Origin: Candidatus Omnitrophota bacterium
GTDB taxonomy: Bacteria; Omnitrophota; Gorgyraeia; Zapsychrales; Fredricksoniimonadaceae
Assembly (NCBI GenBank): GCA_002753465.1
Contig: PEAF01000006.1
Coordinates: 1-59,232 of the forward strand
Reading direction: 5' to 3'
Length of the DNA stretch: 59,232 bases
Shown here: in pieces, positions 51,574 to 59,232 of the stretch
Layout of the letters: each line of letters starts with the position of its first letter
How positions within the stretch are numbered: position 1 is the first letter of the stretch
Made by a program: the position numbers and the translations under genes
The notes under the pieces: model-generated
Database searches by the model: none
Told to the model about the DNA's origin: nothing
The model's input: the letters and a program-made list of their open reading frames with translations, nothing else

Positions 51574-52578
51574 TTATTCGGACGCCTTCTTACTTTCAAC
51601 AGCGGTGATCGCGGCGGGTTGTGTGGGGTCTTTGGGTACTTCAAAGCGTATCGTGGTCAGCCTTCCCTGTGTTTCTTCCCAAGCTGTTTTGACGGCGTAT
51701 TTTTTCAGCTCTTCTTTGGCCAGAACCGTTTCTTTCTTGGCGCGCACATCATAGAGCACGACCCCCGCATATTCTCCAAAAGGATAAAGCCTTAATGTAT
51801 TGGCGGCCATGGTGGCTATTTCCGTGACCGGGTCTGTATCAGGCGGGAAATCGCTGGCTGTAAATTTGAATTTGATGCGGTTCTTGATCTGTTCTGTCAG
51901 GAAATATGTCCATGAGATCTCCGCATAAGGCACGTAGAGGCCTTTGGTGTCGTGGATCATGGTTTCCTGGCCGATGACCTCATTGATCTCGCGCATGTAA
52001 TATTCGTCTGGCGGTACGGCTTCGGTCATGTATTGGCGCAGGTCGCGCAGGTAGACGATGCTCTTGGTCGCCACGCCCCGGTTGATATCCGCCACGAGGA
52101 TGACGATGAATTGGGGGATCGGTTCTTTGTCGGTCCCTTTGGCATTAAAGAGTGATTCCTGCAGCGCTTGATAGATCAGCTGGCGTTTTTTCGTATATGT
52201 TTCGTTGTACGATGAGCCGTAGGTGGTCGGTTCACCGGAAAGGACGTCGGTTACTACGTCAAAGTTGAATTTGAAATACTTCTGGGAGAATTCTGACTGC
52301 AAAGACAAAAGCGAGTAGGGCATGATCTTGCGTTCGGTGTCTTTTTTATCTGATGAAGGTTTGACATCAAAGATGGCATCCTGCAGCGGGGCGTAGACCC
52401 ACAGGGTTTTGCCGAGCTGTTTGGTGATGACGTTAAGATTGCCTTCTTTGAGGCAGAAGCTGGCGAGTTTTTTTTCCGCCTCAGATGCCGTGTACTTCTT
52501 GTCTTTAAGCGCGTCGCAGCCGCCCAGGCTTAAGGCTGTGATCAAAATAAAGACTAGGGCAGCGGCGGGTAAACGCAT
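51574..52578 (-). CDS. Lipoprotein of unknown function, co-oriented with and 1 nt downstream of the FtsH-like gene
   Basis: Signal peptide with lipobox LSLGGC; 334 aa; no recognisable domain. Confidence 0.65.
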   Translation of the reverse strand: MRLPAAALVFILITALSLGGCDALKDKKYTASEAEKKLASFCLKEGNLNVITKQLGKTLWVYAPLQDAIFDVKPSSDKKDTERKIMPYSLLSLQSEFSQKYFKFNFDVVTDVLSGEPTTYGSSYNETYTKKRQLIYQALQESLFNAKGTDKEPIPQFIVILVADINRGVATKSIVYLRDLRQYMTEAVPPDEYYMREINEVIGQETMIHDTKGLYVPYAEISWTYFLTEQIKNRIKFKFTASDFPPDTDPVTEIATMAANTLRLYPFGEYAGVVLYDVRAKKETVLAKEELKKYAVKTAWEETQGRLTTIRFEVPKDPTQPAAITAVESKKASE

Positions 52579-52579
52579 A

Positions 52580-55078
52580 TCAGACGATGATCCTTGTCAG
52601 GGGTTTAACACCGAAACGGTCGAAGATGGCCTGGATCTCGTCGTATTCGAGTTCACCTTTGGCTTGCAGGTCAACGGCAAAGGCATCCAGGAGGCCTCTG
52701 TTCTCATTGAGGATCCTGGCCGCGTCTTCGAGGCATGAACTGAGGATCTCTTGCACATCCTGATCAAGCTTTTCTTTGGTCTTTTCGGAAATAGCATTGG
52801 TGCCAAGGCTCTGGGTGAGTGCCGCCAGATCGCCTAAAAGACCGGTGCTTCCCATGCCGTAACTCCAGACCATGGCGCGCGCCATGTTGACCGCGCTATC
52901 GAAATCACTGCCGCGGCCGCCGCCGACGCCGCTGCCGGTCGTGCCGAATTTGATCTTTTCGGCCGCATAGCTGGCCAGCGAAACCTTGATGCCGGCCAGG
53001 AACCATTCCTTATTATTCACGTAAAGCTCTTCACGCGGACGCGGCGCCACGAACCCCAATGAGCCTTTGTGCGGGATGATGGTGGCTTTGATGACGTCAT
53101 TGCTCGGGTGCAGCAGATAGCCGATGATGGCATGCCCGGCTTCGTGGTATGCGACCCATTCTTTTTCCTGGGCGTTCAATATGGTATTTGACCGTTCGCC
53201 GTACAGGATCCTGTCATAGGCCTGGGAAAGGTCTTTGAAGCAAATGACGGTACGCTTTTCGCGCAGCGCGATAAGGCCTGATTCGCGGACCATGTTGTCG
53301 ATGTCGGCCGCCGAGAACCATAGCGTCTTACGGGCCAGCATCTCGGGATTGACGTCGGTTTCAACTGTGACTTTTTTGAGGTAGAAGTCGAAGAGTTCTT
53401 TGCGTTCTTTAAGGTTCGGGCGTGTGACATAGATCTTGCGTTCAAAGCGGCCCGCGCGTAAAAGGGCTGAATCGAGGTAGCGCTCTTCCATGTTCGTTGC
53501 CGCGAGGATGAGGATATTCTGCTCGTCGTGTTTCAGGCCGTCCATTTCCGTCAGGAACTGGTTGACGGTATTGTTGTGTTCGGTCATGCCGCCGCCACCG
53601 GTCTCGACGCCGCGCGGCGTGGCAAAAGAATCGATCTCATCAACGAAAATGATACAGCCGCCCTCGACCTTGGCCAGGGCGCGCGCCTCTTTGAATAGAG
53701 AACGGACGCGCTTGGGGCCGACGCCTACGAACATTTCAATGAATTCACTGCCGGTGACCGATATGAACGGATATCCGGCTTCAGTTGCCATAGCCTTGGC
53801 CAGGTACGTTTTGCCGCAGCCCGGAGGCCCCATCATGAGGATGCCTTTGACCATTTTTCCGCCGACAGCCTTGAGGCGGCTGCGGTCTTTGAGCAGTTCC
53901 AGGATCTCGCCGGCCTCCCTTTTGGCGCTTTCCATGCCGATGACATCCGCCCATTTGACATTGACACGTGCCGAAAGGATCTTGTCGCCGCCGGTCTTTT
54001 CAATGGAGTGCATGACGCGTTCAAGGGCTTTTTCAATGTCTTCATGGCTGGTGATATGACGATGGTCGCGCATGCTGATGATGGCGGCTTCACGCACCAT
54101 GTTGTTAATATCTGCCGGAGAGAACCACTTCATTTTTTCGGCGATCGCCGGCACATCCACTTCAGGCTCGGAGGAGATCTTTTGCAGGTAGAATTTCAAA
54201 AGCTCTTCACGGTCACGTGCGGAGGGCTTGGATATTTCGATCTTGCGGTCAAAGCGCCCGGAGCGCATGATGGCCGCGTCAAGTTCTTCTTCGGGCACGT
54301 TGGTGGCCGCAATGACGACGATATTGTTTTCCGTCTGGCGCAGGCCGTCAAGCTCGGTCAGGAACTGGTTGATGGTGGCGTTATGGTCGCTTTGGGCGCC
54401 GATATTGCCGGAGGAATCCCCGGTGCGCGGGCGGGCAAAGGAGTCGATCTCATCAATGAAAATGATGCAGCCGCCTTCAAGTTTGGCCATTTTGCGTGCT
54501 TCCTTAAAGAGGCTTTTCATGCGCGATGCGCCCAGTCCTACGAACATGGCCACGAATTCACTGCCGACCGCTGAAAGGAAGGGCAGCCCGGCTTCGGTGG
54601 CGATGGCTTTAGCGAGATAAGTTTTCCCGCAGCCCGGGGCGCCGACTAGAAGTGTTCCTTTGATGATGTTGCCGCCGATGACCTTAAGCAGCTTACGGTC
54701 TTTGAGGAACTGAACGATCTCCCAGGCCTCTTTTTTAGCCTGTTCCATGCCGATGACGTCATCCCATTTGACATTGGCCTTGGAATGCGTGGCGGTATCC
54801 GAGCCGAGGAAGCTGGCCATGCCGCCGCCCATGAACATGAAATAGTAAAGAACGCCGTACATCGCGGTGAAGATAACGCCCTGGACGATGCCCATGAAAA
54901 GGTACATGCCCATTTGCGCCATCATCTGTTTGCGCGAGAATGATTCAAGGGATGTGAAGCTGCTGAACCCGAAAACAAGAAGGGTCACAACCGTGATGAC
55001 AAAAGTGGCCGCCAAGAAAATGAGCAGCATCTTCAGCCAGTTGAGTTTCAGCCATGTGATAAATTTGATCTTGGCCAT
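52580..55078 (-). CDS. FtsH-like membrane metalloprotease with two tandem AAA+ modules
   Basis: Two N-terminal TM helices. AAA module 1 has GAPGCGKTYLAKA, IIFIDEIDS and MRSGRFDRKI. AAA module 2 has GPPGCGKTYLAKA, IIFVDEIDS and LRAGRFERKI. These are followed by an M41-type zinc motif, AYHEAGHAIIGY. Confidence 0.85.
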   Translation of the reverse strand: MAKIKFITWLKLNWLKMLLIFLAATFVITVVTLLVFGFSSFTSLESFSRKQMMAQMGMYLFMGIVQGVIFTAMYGVLYYFMFMGGGMASFLGSDTATHSKANVKWDDVIGMEQAKKEAWEIVQFLKDRKLLKVIGGNIIKGTLLVGAPGCGKTYLAKAIATEAGLPFLSAVGSEFVAMFVGLGASRMKSLFKEARKMAKLEGGCIIFIDEIDSFARPRTGDSSGNIGAQSDHNATINQFLTELDGLRQTENNIVVIAATNVPEEELDAAIMRSGRFDRKIEISKPSARDREELLKFYLQKISSEPEVDVPAIAEKMKWFSPADINNMVREAAIISMRDHRHITSHEDIEKALERVMHSIEKTGGDKILSARVNVKWADVIGMESAKREAGEILELLKDRSRLKAVGGKMVKGILMMGPPGCGKTYLAKAMATEAGYPFISVTGSEFIEMFVGVGPKRVRSLFKEARALAKVEGGCIIFVDEIDSFATPRGVETGGGGMTEHNNTVNQFLTEMDGLKHDEQNILILAATNMEERYLDSALLRAGRFERKIYVTRPNLKERKELFDFYLKKVTVETDVNPEMLARKTLWFSAADIDNMVRESGLIALREKRTVICFKDLSQAYDRILYGERSNTILNAQEKEWVAYHEAGHAIIGYLLHPSNDVIKATIIPHKGSLGFVAPRPREELYVNNKEWFLAGIKVSLASYAAEKIKFGTTGSGVGGGRGSDFDSAVNMARAMVWSYGMGSTGLLGDLAALTQSLGTNAISEKTKEKLDQDVQEILSSCLEDAARILNENRGLLDAFAVDLQAKGELEYDEIQAIFDRFGVKPLTRIIV
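53159..53968 (-). repeat. AAA+ module 2 of the FtsH-like protein (aa ~371-640)
   Basis: Collinear with module 1 (VNVKWxDVIGME.AK.EA.EI...LKDR..LK..GG...KG.L..G.PGCGKTYLAKA.ATEAG.PF). Confidence 0.7.
53969..54778 (-). repeat. AAA+ module 1 of the FtsH-like protein (aa ~101-370)
   Basis: By eye, roughly 55-65 percent amino-acid identity to module 2 across Walker A, Walker B and the second region of homology. Confidence 0.7.
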
Positions 55079-55248
55079 ACGTAACCCCTTGTAGGAGAAG
55101 ATTTTTAGTAAATATTATCGTAAGGATATCACATTGACGGGGGTGCGTCAAATGTTGGGTGGGGCTTGGGTCGATGAGATAAATATGTTATCTTATTGGA
55201 TATTATTTTTTATTGAAAGCGGTCGAAGTCGATAACGGGGAGGGGCCT

Positions 55249-56193
55249 ATGGGCGTCGTTAAAGTTTCAATGCTGCGGGTAGCTTATGATGAAGTTACGG
55301 CTGTCAGCGAGCTTTCGTTTCAATTGGAGCGCGGGAAGATCTACGGGTTCGTCGGTCCTAATGGCGCCGGAAAAACTTCGACCATCAAGGCATTGGCGGG
55401 CGTGCTTGAACCTGCGCAGGGAAAGATCATCCTGAATGGTTTTGATCTGGAAACAGAGCGTGAAAAAGCTTTGACGCATGTGGGTTACATGCCGGACTTT
55501 TCTCCCGTGTATGACAATTTGAAGGTTTGGGAATACCTGGATGTTTTTGCGGCCGCGTACGGTGTTAATAGCGGGGAGAGGGCCGGTCTTGTCGAGAAGT
55601 GGTTGCATAAGAGTGACCTCATGGTCAAGAAGGATGCCCTTATTAAGGGATTGTCCCGCGGGATGCATCAGCGGCTGGTATTGGCTAAAACGCTTGAGGT
55701 AGGGCCTAACATTTTACTTCTGGATGAGCCGGCCAGCGGCCTGGACCCGATCGCGCGCAAGCAAATGCGTGACCTTTTAAAGGAAGCCAGTGCGGGTGGG
55801 GCAACGATCCTTATTTCCAGCCATATTCTCTCGGAGCTGAGCGAGTTTGTGGATTCTGTTATTATTCTCGAAAAGGGCAAGCTTGTCATTGCCGGCACGG
55901 TCGATGATATCCGCAAGAAGACCGGCATGGCACAGAAGCTTATTTTGCGCTTTACCAAAGAAGAGGATGGTCTTGCCGTTCTCGAGAAATTATTGCAGGC
56001 CGAAGGCATACCTAAAGAGTGCGTGTCGCGGGACAGGGACCATCATATCGTCCATTTTCAGAATAATGAAGTGCAGGCATCACAATTCTTAACGAAGCTT
56101 ATTTCCACCGGGGTGGGGTTGTCGGAATGTTCTTTGAAGAACGATGACATTGAAGATATTTTCCTTAAGATCGGTGCCAAGGAGGTTGCATGA
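55249..56193 (+). CDS. ABC transporter ATP-binding protein
   Basis: Walker A GPNGAGKTS, signature LSRGMHQRL, Walker B LLLDEPASGLD. GGGGAGGGG precedes ATG 55249, which is preferred over the track's TTG 55213. Confidence 0.85.
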   Translation: MGVVKVSMLRVAYDEVTAVSELSFQLERGKIYGFVGPNGAGKTSTIKALAGVLEPAQGKIILNGFDLETEREKALTHVGYMPDFSPVYDNLKVWEYLDVFAAAYGVNSGERAGLVEKWLHKSDLMVKKDALIKGLSRGMHQRLVLAKTLEVGPNILLLDEPASGLDPIARKQMRDLLKEASAGGATILISSHILSELSEFVDSVIILEKGKLVIAGTVDDIRKKTGMAQKLILRFTKEEDGLAVLEKLLQAEGIPKECVSRDRDHHIVHFQNNEVQASQFLTKLISTGVGLSECSLKNDDIEDIFLKIGAKEVA

Positions 56194-57725
56194 AGATCAT
56201 GGGCTTGGAAGATAATGCACTTTTCTTGAGCTGCTGGTATGAGCGTTCGCGTCCGGTCCCGCTCATCTGCATGCTGACAATGATCATGGGCATCATGTTC
56301 TTGTCGTTCCTAAGCGCATCGATGAGCGCATCAAGCCCGGAGGCGATGTGGGAGTCTTTGTTTCATGTTGTCATTACGATCCAGGCTGTTGTACTTATTT
56401 TGGGGGGGTCGTTCTTCGCCAGCCGTATGGCGTCCCGTGAGCGGACGAGCGAGACTTTGGATTTTCACCGCAATTCACCGCAGCCGGTGGTGGATAAGGT
56501 CATCGGGCTTGTTGCTGGCAGCACGTGTGTCGAGTGGTTTATTTTTGCGGTCCTGTTTATGGTGGAATTGCCCTTTGCCCTGCTGGCGTCCGTTACGGTC
56601 AAGCAGATCATTTTATTTAATGTATCCCTGATCTTGTCAGGTATTTTTTTCCATACGACGGCGGCCATGGTCTCCCTTTTATCTAAACAGAAAAAAGGGA
56701 CCAGTTCTTTGGGGTATATTTTCCTGTTTTTTTGGTTTGGGATGCCGGCCGTTGCTTACGCTATGTCATCAGCGGCTTCTCCGTTTTTCGCGTATTTACT
56801 GGGATCGGCGGCGTTTCAATATATTTTCCCCGATAAAGCGGGGCATCTGGCGGGAAGATTTTATTTATTTGATTGCCCGCTTATCATCCTTCAGGCACTG
56901 GTACAGGTCCCGTTGGTGTTCCTGATGTTTAACGGGTTAAAAAGGATATTTTCTTTACCCAATAGCGCGGCCTGGTCGAAAAAGGACGTCTTATGTTTCT
57001 GCGGCTTTTTGTTTTTTATGGTGGTCGGGTTCTTTGTTTCAAATTATATCCATATGGGTGAGACGCTGGCGAATGGAGTGATCACCAAGATTTATCCACA
57101 TAGTTTTAAAGCCTTACTTCAACAAGAGGTCCCGATGTTCTCGGGCTTGTTTGTCATGGCTGGTATTGTGGCCAGTTTCTTTTGTGTGCCATCGTATTTT
57201 AAGCGGGCTAAATATGAGGTTTTTATCAAAAACGGGGTTACCCGGGATAAGGCTGTGCTCGATGATGGGGCAACGAGCTTGGTAGTGATGCTCCTTTATG
57301 TGTCGTTGGGTATCGTTTTTGCCACACCTTATTTATTTGTTGCTGGTTGCTCGACGTTTAAAGGCCTGGCCTATGTCATTATATTGAGCAGTTATGTTAT
57401 GGCCTTTGCGGGATTCCTGGAATATTTCAGGCTGGGCCGTTTTCGTAATAATAAGATATTTTTCATGACAGCGATGGCGGTCGTGTGGATGTTCATCCCC
57501 TGGGTGGCGGCTTTAATGTTGAATTTCAAGTTGGCGGGCAATATTTCTGTGGCGTCCATATCGCCGTTCTTTGGCGTAGGTTATGCGGTCTCGTTATTGT
57601 TAGAGAGTAAGCCTGTGGATATGGTTGGCGTGGTCTCTCCCTGCCTGGTGGCAGGGCTCATGTGGCTATTGGCCTATCAGGAGTGGGTGGCTGTGAAAAA
57701 ACAGGTGGCGGGCGCAATTTCTTGA
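56190..57725 (+). CDS. Multi-pass membrane protein, probable permease partner of the ABC ATPase
   Basis: 511 aa with ~12 hydrophobic helices. The ATG overlaps the ATPase stop (ATGA). Confidence 0.6.
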   Translation: MKIMGLEDNALFLSCWYERSRPVPLICMLTMIMGIMFLSFLSASMSASSPEAMWESLFHVVITIQAVVLILGGSFFASRMASRERTSETLDFHRNSPQPVVDKVIGLVAGSTCVEWFIFAVLFMVELPFALLASVTVKQIILFNVSLILSGIFFHTTAAMVSLLSKQKKGTSSLGYIFLFFWFGMPAVAYAMSSAASPFFAYLLGSAAFQYIFPDKAGHLAGRFYLFDCPLIILQALVQVPLVFLMFNGLKRIFSLPNSAAWSKKDVLCFCGFLFFMVVGFFVSNYIHMGETLANGVITKIYPHSFKALLQQEVPMFSGLFVMAGIVASFFCVPSYFKRAKYEVFIKNGVTRDKAVLDDGATSLVVMLLYVSLGIVFATPYLFVAGCSTFKGLAYVIILSSYVMAFAGFLEYFRLGRFRNNKIFFMTAMAVVWMFIPWVAALMLNFKLAGNISVASISPFFGVGYAVSLLLESKPVDMVGVVSPCLVAGLMWLLAYQEWVAVKKQVAGAIS

Positions 57726-57744
57726 CTTTAGAGGAGCGTTGTGA

Positions 57745-59079
<1,335 letters not shown>

Positions 59080-59112
59080 TGAATTTGGGCTGTTAAAGCC
59101 CGGGCGGCAAAC

Positions 59113-59232
59113 GTGATAAAGAACGTCATATTTCTTTTTGTTGTGCTAGCGGCGGTTTTTGTGGTATATCTACCGTCCTATATGCAGATGCAGGACCTCT
59201 GGAATCGTAATCAGGTCGCTGAAAGACGCATT
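59113..59232 (+). CDS. Partial ORF (first 40 codons): single-TM protein, possibly an FtsB/DivIC-like septum formation initiator
   Basis: GTG 59113. The sequence VIKNVIFLFVVLAAVFVVYLPSYMQMQDLWNRNQVAERRI runs off the window. Its position after eno matches a common eno-ftsB arrangement. Weak call. Confidence 0.3.
   Translation, partial: MIKNVIFLFVVLAAVFVVYLPSYMQMQDLWNRNQVAERRI

Noticed and set aside
51538-51795. Plus-strand 85-aa ORF after purN
   Set aside because: It lies antisense to the 3' end of the lipoprotein gene (51574-52578). The translation is Gly/Phe/Arg-rich and there is no ribosome-binding site.

Overview
This is a gene-dense 59.2-kb chromosomal window with about 55 protein genes and 2 tRNAs. 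I recognised no rRNA, CRISPR array, transposase or integrase. The host is a diderm bacterium: the window encodes Lnt, an LptE-like lipoprotein, a BamD-like TPR protein, an LpxL-type acyltransferase and MurJ. Most genes are housekeeping: leuS, secA, prfB, ychF, era, eno, purN, uvrC, deoC, rpsT, thiS-thiG-thiH-thiF and comEA/comEC. The lineage cannot be fixed from this window. The giant ORF, the many orphan secreted proteins and the odd domain architectures suggest an uncultivated group, but that is speculation. Seven things stand out. (1) A family of long intergenic hairpin elements has an invariant asymmetric core (GCTCAGACAGT...AAACTCGC) and outer helices that differ in sequence but stay complementary. 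Three full copies lie at 12.1, 21.4 and 24.1 kb, with a related element at 13.4 kb, a half copy at 48.1 kb and other large unrelated hairpins at 24.2 and 26.7 kb. (2) A 2325-aa secreted protein is built from three divergent ~450-480-aa tandem modules. (3) An FtsH-like membrane protease carries two tandem, apparently intact AAA+ modules and is coupled to a lipoprotein gene. (4) A 423-aa protein joins an Flp-pilin-like N-terminus to a cysteine-rich body. (5) A 25-bp duplication of the tRNA-Thr 3' end brackets a 111-bp structured insert inside one promoter-terminator unit. (6) A tRNA-binding-domain gene is translationally coupled to a YkgJ/DUF2156 fusion. (7) Several genes have an extended -10 box 7-8 nt upstream of the ATG, which suggests leaderless mRNAs. 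All calls come from reading the sequence and the supplied translations. No database search or folding program was run.
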